NCBI RefSeq assembly: GCF_004010195.1
Contig: NC_057711.1
Span: 76,215,817-76,279,816, forward strand
Origin: Chiloscyllium plagiosum
Lineage: Eukaryota
Length of the DNA: 64,000 nucleotides
Reading direction: 5' to 3'
Positions 12,860-24,930 of this stretch are shown here, one piece after another (the first letter of the stretch is position 1; the number at the start of each line of letters is the position of its first letter). Below the pieces are notes generated by a model. It saw only the letters and a program-made list of their open reading frames with translations. It was not told the origin of the DNA and did no database searches. Both the position numbers and the translations under genes were made by a program.

Positions 12860-13190
12860 AATGCTCTGGGGTCTTGGGTTCATAGCATACCAGAGCACTG
12901 GGCAAATTTAAATTTGATTAATAAATCTGGAATACAAAACTAGTCTCCGTAATGGAGACTGTGAAACTGCTGTTGACTGACTGGTCAACCAGATGGGTTT
13001 TTTTCAACAATATCATTTCAAGATATGTTGTCTTTACTTGGTCTGGTCTCGAGTAACAGCAACAAGTTTGTCACTTAACTGTCCCCTGACATGACCTAGC
13101 AACCCACACCATTAGAGGGCAATTGGGGATGGGTATCAAATTGCTGATATTGCCATCAATGCCCACATCCTATTGGAAAAAAAATAAAGA
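12860..13190 (+). mobile_element. Decayed SINE of a second family (related copies at ~6000-6220 +, ~15740-15990 +, ~59250-59600 -)
   Basis: Shared motifs across copies: aaatctgga..aaactagtct..atgg.gac..tgaaac and a 3' gggcaattggggatggg..aaa..gctg..gcccacatcc tail. Boundaries are approximate. Confidence 0.55.
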
Positions 13191-13848
13191 AAAATACAAT
13201 ATTGAAAAAAGCCTTGTCTGATTTTGTGGTTTTGGGGATCTGGCTTCTGCCTAGTGTTAAATCCAGAAAACTAAGAGCAGATTATTGCCATCCCTTAATG
13301 AATATACATCCAGCTCAGAGGAATGTACTTCTCCCTCCAATCTGTAGAAGCTGTTTCAGAGATTGTAGAAGTTAGGATGTAGTGACCACTGCAGCCAATA
13401 TTTCCAAGGCCAACTCTCTCTTCGTACTCTGGGATGCAAGTTATCAGGTTCTGTGAATTTGTCAGCTTTTAGTAGGTTTTTTGAACTAATGGGGTTATCT
13501 ACAATTCTTTCCTTTCTTCAAACACTGAGAATCTGCTTGATCAATTCTCTTGACTTGTTTTGAATCTGTTGATTAAAGATTATAAAGGGCCCTTTTGCAC
13601 TTCTGGTGTATGTTCTTCTTATCTCTAGAATAATCATTTATTGTTTGTTTGTAAGTGCTCAAACAGACCAGCAACTGAATTACTTATAAAGACCATAAGA
13701 CCAAAAGATATAATAACAAAATAGGAATGTTTGACCCAGTGGATATGTTCTGACATTCGACCATGGCTGATGTATTTCTCAACCCTGACTTCCACCTTCT
13801 CTCTCTAAACTTCTGATCCCTGTTATCAACAGCCTATCTACCCCAGTA

Positions 13849-14166
13849 TTAGATTAGATTACTTACAGTGTGGAAACAGGCCCTTCAGCCCAACAAGTCC
13901 ACACCGACCCGCTGAAGCGCAACCCACCCAGACCCATTCCCCTACATTTACCCCTTCACCTAACACTACAGGCAATTTAGCATGGCCAATTCACCTAACC
14001 TGCACATTTTGGATTGTGGGAGGAAACTGGAGCACCCGGAGGAAACCCACGCAGACACGGGGAGAATGTGCAAACTCCACACACACAGTCGCCTGAGATG
14101 AGAATTGAACCCGGGACTCTGGCGCTGTGAGGCAGCAGTATTAACCACTGTGCCACCGTGCTGCCC
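13849..14166 (-). mobile_element. HE1-like tRNA-derived SINE (V-SINE group), near full length
   Basis: The minus strand has A box TGGCACAGTGG, B box GGTTCAATTC, the V-domain GTTTGCACATTCTCCCCGTGTCTGCGTGGGTTTCC, a CR1-like 3' end and an (AATCT)n tail. Confidence 0.9.
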
Positions 14167-14559
14167 ATATGTTAAATACAGTCTTAAATACAGTCAATGA
14201 CTCTACCTCCACAGCCTTCTGCCATACTCTGAGGCTGTTCCCTGGGGTCCTAGACACTCCTGTTAGTGGAAGCATCTTCTCCATGTCCCATCTATCCAGA
14301 CCGCTCCATATTCTTCTGAAAGTTTCAATTAGACCCTCCCCTGCCCCTCCTCAATTTTTCTAAACTCCAGTGAGTACTGATAAGAGTCCTCAACCACTCC
14401 TCATGTGACCAGCTCTTCATTCCTGTGATAATTCTTGTGAACCTCGTCTGGACTCCCTCCAGAACTTCATTACTTGGGGCTAGCATTTCTTCATAAATTT
14501 TGTTTTTATAAAATAGTGTGTTTTATGACCACAGATTCCTCAAAGCATTTCACAATTAA

Positions 14560-14840
14560 GGAAGGACGACTTCAGTGTAGTCACTGTTATGACTTAGGAA
14601 ATATGAAACCAATTTATACAGAACACATCTCAAAGGTGGTAATGCAATTAATATGATTTTGGGCATGAATCTTGCTCAGGCTACTGGGGACATTTCTCCT
14701 TTTTGTTTCCTTAGAATAGTGCCATGAGATCTTTTCATTTCTACCTGAGCAGGCAGTGTGAACTTCTGTACAAATCTCATGTGAAAGAATACCCCTTTGA
14801 CAGTGTTAGCACCTCCTCAGTACTGTACAGAATTGTCATT
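14560..14840 (-). mobile_element. Decayed Deu-domain SINE (AmnSINE1/SacSINE1-like)
   Basis: The minus strand reads cagtactgaggaggtgctaacactgtc...tgagat...gctcaggtagaaatgaaaagatctcatggcactatt, resembling the Deu core as I recall it. Confidence 0.55.
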
Positions 14841-15609
14841 TAAATGATACATACGTATTGGTTGACTTGTTTTAAATTAAAATATGTGGGTGCTGAAATT
14901 TAGCTGAACGTAGTCAAAAAATATACTTGAAGAGGAGTTTGGATGTGGTGATTAAATAAAATCATGGGGTGTGAAATGTTTACTGCTAGAATTGGGCTGT
15001 TGGCTCTAGTTATAGTATAACATGTATATTAACTGCTAAATATCTGGCTGCAGCTCTACTGACTGTCTTTAAAATGGCTCAAGCCAGAAAATTCATTAAT
15101 CAGTACTTTCTGCTGCTTTTATGTGGTCGAGGATATAGTGGTTGCTGTGGACTTCATTTCTCTGGGATTGAACACATTTTCTTCAGTTAGTGAATTGAAC
15201 CTGGGCAAATATTTGAAAGGCTTTCAGTATTCTAAGGAGTACTTGTTTAGATATACTGGCTACTTTGTCCATGGAAAAAAAGCTGTTTTGTAACAGAAGC
15301 TTATTGCCTCTGTAAGAAGTGGATTTTCTCTATCTGCACATGTTCTCTTGTTTGCTTCCTCTTCTTCCCACCTCCCACCCTGAACGTTTTAAGATTCAGA
15401 GGTTTTGCTGTTTATAAATTAATGTTTCTATTGTTTTGAAATATTTCAGACTTTATTCTTAATGCAGAAATACTTCCATGCAACCATCGTTTTTTTAAAA
15501 AAAACATCAGTCATTAAATCCCTAGCTGATATGTTTTTTTTTAAACTTATGGCTGTGCCAGCATTCGCTGCTTGTCCCTAGTTGCCCTTGAGTCGGTTAC
15601 GGTGAGCTG

Positions 15610-15680
15610 GAGTTAGTGCTGCAGGTTAAGCAGCGCCAGAAGTGCAGTAGAGTTGACATTTTGGGCAGGACTGTATATAT
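15610..15680 (-). mobile_element. Old 71-bp PLE terminal fragment
   Basis: gcaggttaagcagc...gagttgacattttgggcaggac resembles the PLE terminus. It is flanked by the 9-bp direct repeat ggtgagctg (15601-15609, 15681-15689). Confidence 0.55.
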
Positions 15681-17280
15681 GGTGAGCTGCCTTCTTGAAG
15701 TATGGCAGCCCATTTGTGTAGGTAGACCCAGGATGCCATTAGGATGGCACAGGGGTTTGGATTCCACAGCTGGTGAAATTTAAATACAACTAATACATCT
15801 GGAGTAAAACATAGTCTACTGGTGACCAGGGAATCACTCTATTGTCATTAGAAAAAGCCACCTAGTACGCTACTCCATGCAGGAAAGGTGTGACAACAAT
15901 GTGGTTGAAACTTAACTGTTTTTGAAAATGCCAAGAAAGGTGTTCCATTCAGAGGTAATGTGATGGGCAATAATTGCTGACATCCATCATTATTATCATC
16001 ATTATGATCATAATCAGAAAAGATTTTTAAAATATCAGTTTTCTAAGTTGTCTGATCACAATGGAAGATAAATTGTACTACAACTAGCTAAATTGGCATC
16101 TTACTGGATAAGGGAGGGAATGACTAAAAGTACAGAGAGCAAATTGGAATTTTGGACTGCTATGGGGATATCTGTCTATGTTCTGTCATTCATTTGGTTG
16201 GCTGATGTCAACTCCAACCCTTACATAATAATTCTGGATGTTGAACAAAAGTGAAAATATTCATTGATCTGTCATCCACAATTGTTCTTGAGAAGGCTCC
16301 AGGTTTCTGCTCCCCTGTGTGAGGTGAGGAGCGGGGAGGCTGTTCCTCTGTTTATCCCTCTGTCTCACCTGTATTGGGCTGTAGTTTACAATTTCATGCT
16401 GGGAGGTTTGATGCCAAGTGGTCATGTAAAATTCAATGGGAAACTTCTAAATTGCAATCTTTTGAATATCGTTATCATTTTAAGCAACTTGGATTATTTA
16501 CCTTTTGTGGCTGAAAACAACTACGTCTATTCAACCGGTTCTCACATTATAAACATTTTTGAGTTCCGGTTTCATTCATTTCTGAGCATCATATTCTAGA
16601 TGGAACTGACTAAAACACTCCATGCAATTTGAAGCTTAACATCCCTATTTGAATATTTAGGCCTCCTGAATGTAAAACTGACATTTTATTTACCATCTTG
16701 ATTAGTTTTGCAGTAGCTTTTAATTATCCACTGAGATATTCTAGGCTCATTTTGCCTTCAAATTTCCTGGTCTTTCGCTGTTGGGGAAAATGTTCTGACT
16801 TTGTTTACTTCAAATCTGGAAGTGGATGGTAATCACACTTGCCAATGTTGAATGCTACTTGCTGAATTTGTCTGCTTTGCACACTTTTAGATTTCTGCTT
16901 CTGTCTGTTTGCATACAGTTTTGAAGCACCTTTTGCCACATTCTGTCAATTAAAGCATATTTGCTTCATCCTAGCCTCTAATTCAACTGTATCCAATTCA
17001 GAATCTCAAATTCTGAATCTAGAAAGTCTGTGTGGTGTCACGGAAAATTGTAACTTCTTGTAATTTCCTTAGTACTTCTAATTCTCTGGGTTGGAAACAA
17101 TTCCGTTCTGAAGCCACATCTGTCAAGTCCTGTTAATTTCTTAATGACCACTTCACTCCAGTAAATGACATGAAATTCACTTGAGTTTTTCCCTTTGACT
17201 TATTTTTGGGTTCCCCGTACTACTGGTCCTCTCCCTCTACTGTGAAAATGGGTGCATTTTATTTATTTAACAAGTATTTT

Positions 17281-18172
17281 TATTAATGACTTGGAAGAGG
17301 GAGTCGAAGGGTGGGTCAGTAAATTTGCAGATGATACGAAGATTGGTGGAGTTGTGGATAGTGAGGAGGGCTGTTGTCGGCTGCAAAGGGACTTGGATAT
17401 GATGCAGAGCTGGGCTGACGAGGTGGCAGATGGAGTTCAACCCTGTCAAGTGTGAAGTTGTCCATTTTGGAAGGACAAGTAAGAATGCAGAATACGGAGT
17501 TAATGGTAGGGTTCTTAGTAAGGTGGAGGAACAGAGGGATCTTGGGGTCTATGTTCATAGATCTTTGAAAGTTGCCATTCAGGTGGATAGAGCTTGTAAG
17601 AAGGCCTATGGTGTATTAGCGTTCGTTAGCAGAGGGATTGAATTCAAGAGTCGTGAAGTGATGTTGCAGCTGTACAGGACCTTGGTTAGGCCACATATGG
17701 AGTACTGTGTGCACTTTAGGAAAGATGTGGAAGCTTTGGAGAGGGTGCAGAGAAGATTTACCAGGATGTTGCCTGGAATGGAGAATAGGTCATACGAGGA
17801 TGAGAGTACTAGGCCTTTTCTCATTGGAACGGCGAAGGATGAGGGGTGACTTGATAGAGGTTTATAAGATGATCAGAGGAATAGATAGAGTAGACAGATA
17901 CTTCTTCCCTGGGTACAACAGAGTGTTACAAAGGGACATAAATTTAAGGTGAAGGGTGGAAGGTGTAGGGGGGATGTCAGGGGTAGGTTCTTTACCCAGA
18001 GAGTGGTGGGGGCATGGAATGTGCTGCCTGTGGGAGTGGCAGAGTCGGAATCATTGGTGACCTTTAAGCGGCAATTGGATAGGTACGTGGATGGGTGCTT
18101 AAGCTAGGACAAATGTTTGGCACAACATCGTGGGCCGAAGGGCCTGTTCTGTGCTGTATTGTTCTATGTTCT
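17281..18172 (+). mobile_element. CR1 LINE 3' fragment (RT C-terminus plus 3' UTR)
   Basis: INDLEEGVEGWVSKFADDTKIGG, LYRTLVRPHMEYC, and a ttctatgttct tail. Confidence 0.92.
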
Positions 18173-19189
18173 GCCTATTGTGAACAACTTTTCAGCACTG
18201 CTCCCATCCAAGCTGAATGTCCTGTAGATGCTCATTGTTTAAATTCACATAATTAGAATGACATTTCTGGGAGCTGTAGGAGAAGGTGCAATGATGAGGA
18301 CAATTGAGGCAATTTTTTTCTGAGCAAGGAAAATTTAAATGTTTATGGACTTTCAGTAAACTCCAAATTATGTAATAGTCTTATTGAAAGATGAATAAAA
18401 ATGCTTTTATTTATAAACTGAACAAGTGTTGAATTAGGCAGCTAAAATAAAGTGCGATCTATTTGCTGACACCATATATTTATATAGCATCTATCATGTT
18501 GAGTAATCATCCCAAGTTGTTTCTTCAAAGTGTGACGAGCCTACTGAAGATTTGATGATTGCAAAATAAAATTTTAAATTATGCATAAACTTGAAGCAAA
18601 GAGCTGGTTAAATCTATCAGATTCTCCAGATCATAGCCTTGATCTAAATCCTTAGTGATTGTGTTCTTAGTTTTGACATTCTTCAAAGGATATACCTGCG
18701 TGCTGTTGTATATCTAAGGGAAATCTTTTGGAGTTGAATACATACAATTATTGATTACAATAAATTCTCTGCATATTGCACATGTCTATAGCCATGAATG
18801 CTTAGTATTGCCAAAAATTTTGAAGTCAAATTCAGGCTATCAGCTATTTAGTTCTGCTATTTTAATAGAAATTCAAATCTTGTGACCAGTTCTTTTTAAA
18901 AAAAAGTTTTCATCCTGTAGGAGTGGCACATTAGTGTAAACTTCCTTTTAATGTGCTTTGTTAAATTAATTTTACACATGTATTTGGATAATGAATACCT
19001 TATAGCGCTATTGACGCTGGAACAGAATGTTACCTGATCCCAGTCCTGTTCTCCTGACACCAGCACAAAGTGTTAAAGTTTCTGGGCTTTTTTTTTCTCC
19101 TTCAGGTGGGACCTATTGAGTCCAACTCTTACAACCCCTCCTCATCCCCCTGCTCAACACTACCCAATTAATAATTGGTTAGTTTATGC

Positions 19190-20000
19190 CATAGAGCCAT
19201 ATAGCCCAGAGACAGATCATTCAGTCCTACTCATCCATGCTGACCAAGTTTACCAAACTAAACCAGTCCCATTTGTCTGCGTTTGGCCCATATCCCTATC
19301 GAGTGTCTTTTTAAACGATGTAACTTTACCTGCATCTACCACTACTTCTGGCAGTTCATTCCACATACAAATCTCCCTTTGTGTGAAAATGTTGCCCATC
19401 AGGTTCCTTTTTAAATCTTTCTCCTCTCACCTTAAAAATATGTCCCCTAGTTTTGAACTCCCCTACCCTAGGGAAAAGACCTTAACTGTGCCCCTCTTGA
19501 TTTTTATAAACCTCTTTAAGATCACCCCATGTCCTCCTAAGCTCCAGTGGAAAAAACATGCCCGCCTATCCAGCCTCTCTTTATAACTCAAACCCTCAGC
19601 CCCAGTAACATCCTGGTAAATCATATCTGAACTCTGTCCATTTTAATAATATTGTTCCTATAGCAGGGTAACCAAAACTGTACACAGTGCTCTGCTCAAA
19701 AAGTGATCTTGCCAATGTCCTGTACAATCTCAACATGACATCCCACCTCCTATATTCAATGGTCTGAGCAATGAAGACAAGTGTGCTAAATGCCTTTTAA
19801 CCACCTTGCCTACCTGTGGTATAATTTTCAAGGAACTATGAACCTGAGCCCCTAGGTCTCTCTGTTCAACAATACTCTCCAGGGCCCTACTATTAACATT
19901 GTAAGTCCTGCTTGGTTTGTCTTGCCAAATTGATCCAAATTAAACTCCATCTGCCAGTCTTCACCCCACTGGCCCAATTGATCAAGACCTCTTTTTGTAA
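19190..20000 (-). mobile_element. Decayed CR1 LINE 3' fragment
   Basis: Reverse-complement similarity to the other CR1 3' ends in the window. Confidence 0.75.
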
Positions 20001-20052
20001 TCTTAGATGTCATGATTCTTTCTAGCACAAGTCATGATCCCTCTGACTCTTG

Positions 20053-20235
20053 AATGCTGGAGAAGCTCAGCAGGTCTGGCAGCATCTGTGGAGAGAGGAA
20101 ACAGAGTTAACGTTTTGAGTCCTTTATGACTCTTGTTCAGAACTGAGAACATATCTCCACTTAGGATGCCAGAACTGCTGAGTTTCTCCAGCATTTTGTT
20201 TGCTTCAGGTATCCAGTACCTGCAGTATTTTGTCT
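20053..20235. mobile_element. Fold-back derivative of a second PLE family with a degenerate hammerhead motif
   Basis: Inverted arms aatgctggagaagctcagcaggtctggc / gccagaactgctgagtttctccagcatt. The minus strand of 20101-20145 reads ttCTGAACAa-gagtc-ataaag-gactc-AAAA-CGTT-aac. No clear TSD. Confidence 0.65.
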
Positions 20236-21133
20236 TAATTCTATCATTTACTATCATTCTTAACAGAATGTGCCACCTGGCTGACTAAGTAGAACTCAAT
20301 GAGCCATTGGCTTAAAATGTGTACACACTTTGTAATAAACTAAAATTTTGATTATACATATTTACTCCTTTATTATTTAAAATTATTGTGAAAGAAATAA
20401 AAGTACAAAGATCCTGTTCACCAATTTAGTTCATATGGTGCAGTTCCTTGACTTCCATCCAACATTTGGATCTTGCTGTTTGTGAAGTGTCTGGAGGTAT
20501 TTGATATTTCTGTGACCCTAGCTTGTGCCACTTGGTCCCTGTCTCCTCTGTCCATGTAGGTTAAATTATAGTTTGGCAGCCAAGGTGCCAGGGATTTCCT
20601 TAGTGTTTCTTTTCTTTTCTCCAGAGCTGACTACCAGCCAATGAATAAACAAATGCCTGGCAAGTAGCATGCCCATTTTGCTGCTGAGAATTTATGTATG
20701 CAGTTTTTTTTACACCAGTTGTATGTCTGTCTTTAAAAATGTTCAAACCACAGTAAACCCTTGTATACATGAACAGTGGACAAGGTTAATCACTGTTAGT
20801 GAATATGCAACTCAAATTGAAAAATATTGCAGTTGCATGAGAGTTAAGTTTTTACTATGGGAAATTTAGGGCACAGGATTACATTCTATGATTTGCTCTC
20901 AACATGCAAATTTTACTTCTCCAGCACCACCCTCGGTCCCTTCACTGCTCTGTGTTGCTAGACAGATTTTCAGACATCCAGAGCTGGATTAACTAAAGTT
21001 CTTTAAGCATTGAGAATCTAAATACGTTTTCATTGGCCACTGCAAATTCTGTTCTATTGGCATTGGTTCCATTCTCCTTCTCATTTGCTCTCAGCTTGAT
21101 CTGAACCAGGTTATTTACAACTTGAGTTCTAAT

Positions 21134-21441
21134 GGGCAGCATGGTGGGCTCCGTGATTAGCACTGTTGCCTCTCAGTGCCAGGAACCCAAGCAACTGTCT
21201 GTGTAGAGTTTGCATATTCTCCTGTGTCTGCATGGGTTTCCTCTCTCAGTTCAAAGATATGCAGATTAGGTGAATTGACCATGCTGTAATTGTCCATGGA
21301 GTCCAAGGATATGTAGGTTAGGAGGATTAGCTGTAGGAAATGCAGGGTTACAGGGAAAGGGGTGAGGAGGGTGCTCTTTGGAGAGATGATGTAGACTTGA
21401 TGGGCTGAATGGCCAGCTTCAACACTAGGGATTCTATGATT
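21134..21441 (+). mobile_element. Decayed HE1-like SINE
   Basis: tRNA-like head, V-domain and CR1-like tail, with more divergence than the 13849 copy. Confidence 0.8.
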
Positions 21442-21949
21442 TGATCTCTGGTCTGAATTCCTGAGTTTTTCTGAGGCTGTGATTTTAATGAAAACTTGCG
21501 TTTTCCTGACAATTTTTTTTATCCCAGCAAGGTCCATACATGAGAATTCATTTGTGCCATATGACTTCCCAGTTGATGCTTTAGCAATTTCTTTTGTGTA
21601 TGTATGCCTTACTCACACCTCTTCTCGTACAAGTTAATCACAAAATGCTTTCTGTTAATGCTCCTCTAAGGTCATTCATCATAGATCCATCCACTTGATC
21701 TGTACAGTGAAGGAAATAAAAGTTTAGGTTGAAAACTAGAGGGAGATGAGAAAGGGGAGGGTAATAAAACAAAAATCTTTGATCCCATTGAGTCAAAAAT
21801 AAGATTCAATCTGCTCTAGGTGCTTTTGTGTAAAAGAAGCAGTTGGATCCTGTTTGTAATGAATCTGACACAATTTGTTTTATAAAAATAAACTTTTTTA
21901 GAATTAAATGTTAGAGTCTTTTAAAGGATCATTATAAAGAAAACTGTCA

Positions 21950-23690
21950 CGCTGCAAAGTTTAAATGCAAATGACGAAGCAATTTAGCAAACAAGTTTTA
22001 GAAACCACTTTAGGGAGGGAAAAATTAAGAAGGAAATTCCATTGTGAGGGAGCTCAGCATCTAAAGGTATAGCCATCAGTGATAGAGCAATTAAAATTGG
22101 GCATGCTCAAGAGGCCAGATTGGAGTGTGGATTGAGTGGCTGGAAGAGTGAGGCAATAAGGTAGAAAATCTTAAAATCGAGGCCTTGCTTGACTGAGAGT
22201 TGTTATAGACCAGCTAACATGAGGGTGAATGTCAGAATAGGCTTGGTTTGAGCAAGGACTCTGGCAATAGAGATTTAGATGATTTGAAACTTGGACATTG
22301 GGATTGTATTTGAATGATAAAGTAGGCAAAAGTGGGTATTGCAGATGCTGGAGATTAGAGTAGTGCTGGAAAAGCACAGCAGGCCAGGCAGCATCCGAGG
22401 AGCAGGAGAATCGAAGTTTCAGGCATAAGCCCTTTTTCAAGAATCATTCTGACTGACCTGCTGTGCTTTTCCAGCACTACTCTAATCTTGACTTTGAATG
22501 ATAAAGCCACAGTTGAGAGTTTCAACAGCAGATGAGTTGATTCAGGGTCAGAGTTGGATAATTTTGTGGATGTTAAAATGGTCTTGTTTAGATATGAGAC
22601 CAGATGCTCATCATGTAGTCAAAATATGACACCATGATTACAGTCTGTTTCAGCCCTGAGACAGTTGAGCGGGACAAAGTTGATGGCTAATGAATGGAAT
22701 TTGTAGAAGGTACTTAAAAGAATGTATTCTGTCTTCACGTACTTGGAGTCAATTTATGTTCATTCAGTAACAGCAGGCAAAAGCGTGACTGGCAGTTTTT
22801 GCAACATTTGTGAGATTGAGGGGCTGGTTAGGAAGAGCTGGAGGACATCAGCACAAGTGAAAATTGCTGTGCTTCTGCATCGTGTTGCCAAGGGGTAGTA
22901 CACAGATGAGAATCGGGGGTGGAAGATGTGCGCGGGAGGACTAGGTTGGATCCTGAGGTGGAAACCTGAGGTAATGGAGCAGGAGGATGAGAATAGAATG
23001 AGGCAAGACCATTTCTGCCAACAGTGGAGAGCATTGGAGATTATTTTAAGTGCTGAAAACAGGATGAACGGGGTTAGCTTACCTTTGTTGCAGTCACATA
23101 AGATGTCATTAGACTTTGATAAGAGCTACTTGGTACTGTGGCAGTATGGAAACCTGATCAAACACATTCAAACATGGAGATCCAAGAAAGATGGATATAG
23201 ATTTGAGGTAAGAACTTTGTTCAGGCAATTTGGGAGGTGTGGGTGTTTGGAGAAAGAGTAATAGTGGGAAAGATAATTGCAGCATTGAAGGTACAAGGGA
23301 GGAGAGTGAGGGAACTAGCTGATGTGACCGGGAATGGAGGGTGGTAGACATCAATTGAGTGGGAATAAGATTCAGTGAGCAGTGGACAAGGTGAGATTGG
23401 AGAGCAAGTAGAGAATGATGCAACTTCAAACCAAGAGAAGTGGGAACTTTAGCCTAGGAGGCCCAGTGGAGGGCAAGAAGTGACAACTAGTTGTTTGGAT
23501 AATCTCCCTTCTGGTAATAAGAAATTCCAGGAGTTTCATGTGCTTATTTTTGAAGTATGTGTGGAGGAAATGGGGAGAATGGTTTGGGAAGACCATTTGT
23601 TTCCACATAGTAGAAGCTGAGGGTTATGTTTGCTTTCTAGGGTAATTCTGAAAAAGTGAGCAGTGTTAGAGATTGGACTCTGTATTCACT
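21950..23690 (-). mobile_element. Very old L2-like LINE remnant
   Basis: Purine-rich + strand with weak resemblance to antisense L2 3' regions. No recognisable ORF; boundaries are approximate. Confidence 0.35.
22323..22492 (-). mobile_element. Short PLE-derived fold-back element with a decayed hammerhead motif
   Basis: Inverted arms agattagagtagtgctggaaaagcacagcagg / cctgctgtgcttttccagcactactctaatct. 14-bp TSD tttgaatgataaag at 22309-22322 and 22493-22506. Confidence 0.88.
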
Positions 23691-23699
23691 GGCAGTAAT

Positions 23700-24930
23700 C
23701 TACCAAGAATCCTTGGGTTTGGAATAAGTCCCAGAGAATTGGAAAACTGCCAGTGTAACACCTTTATTTAGAAAGTGAAGGAGATTTAAAACCAGGTAAC
23801 AACAGGCCAGTTAGCTTAAAATCTGTTATTGGGAAAATGTTAAGAGTATATAATAAAAAATGTAATTGCTTGACCATGTTATGTGTTTCTGATTGCTCTG
23901 CTGAGTCAGCATAGCTTCATGAAGGTTAAATCATGCCTAACAAATTTACTAGAATTCTCAGAAGGTAACCATTGGCTAAATAATGGGGAAGCAATGGATG
24001 TAATATAGTTGGATTTTCAAACCTTTGATAAGGAAAGTTAATAGAGAGTTAGCATGAAGGGGACATTTTCAGGATGGCAACCATTAACTGGTGGAATGCT
24101 ACAGGAATCAGTGCTTGGATGAGGAAAGTGAATGTACTATAGCCAAGTTTGCAGATGAGACAAAAGATAGGTGGGAAAGCAAGTGGTGAGGATGATGCTC
24201 TGAAGAGGGAAATAGACAACTTAAGTAAGTGGGTAAAAACAAATGGGATTTAATGTAGGAAAATTAGGTTCTGCACTTTGTCAGGAAGAAAAGAGGAACT
24301 GAACATGATTTAAAAATAGGGTGGCACAGTGGCTCAGTGGTTAGCACTGCAGCCTCCCAGCACCAGGGTCCCAGGTTCGATTCCAGCCTCGGGTGGACTA
24401 TCTGTGTGGAGTTTGCACATTGTCCCCATGTCTGCGTGGGTTTCCTCCCACAGTAGATCAGGTGAGTTGATCATGCTAAATTGCCTATTGTGTTAGGTGC
24501 ATTATTCAGAGTTAAATGGGTCTGGATGGGTTACTCTTCGGAGGATCGGTGTGGAATGGTTGGGCCAAAGGGCCTGTTTCCACTCTGTAGGGAATCTAAT
24601 CTAATCTAAAAATGAAAAACTGCAGACTGCTATAGAGCAGTGGAATTTGGGAGTCCTTGTGCATAAATCACAAGCGAACAAAAACCTCTGGGTAATAAGG
24701 AAGGCAAATGGGATATTGGCCTTTATAATCCATTTCCTTTGAAATAAAAGTAGTGAACTTTTGCTAAAACTGTACATGACACTAGTCTAACCACAATCTG
24801 GAATACTGTGAATAGTTTTAGGCCACTACTTTAGGAATAAAATACTGGCATTGGAGGCAGTTCAGAAAAGATTCATGAGACTGATACGAGGAATGGAGGG
24901 GACATTCTTATGGAGATATGTCATTTGGGC
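23700..24930 (+). mobile_element. Old CR1 RT fragment interrupted by a SINE
   Basis: Decayed KSCLTNLLEF and AKFADETK motifs. Confidence 0.7.
24319..24608 (+). mobile_element. HE1-like SINE
   Basis: A box TGGCTCAGTGG, B box GGTTCGATTCC, (aatct)n tail, and a possible taaaaat TSD. Confidence 0.9.

Noticed and set aside
12614..12943. 109-aa ORF and other 60-150 aa intronic ORFs (for example 16264, 19116, 62145)
   Set aside because: No recognisable domain or exon context; several overlap repeats or their antisense strands.
13849..14166. tRNA genes at the SINE heads
   Set aside because: The A and B boxes run straight into the V-domain and LINE tail, with no complete cloverleaf.
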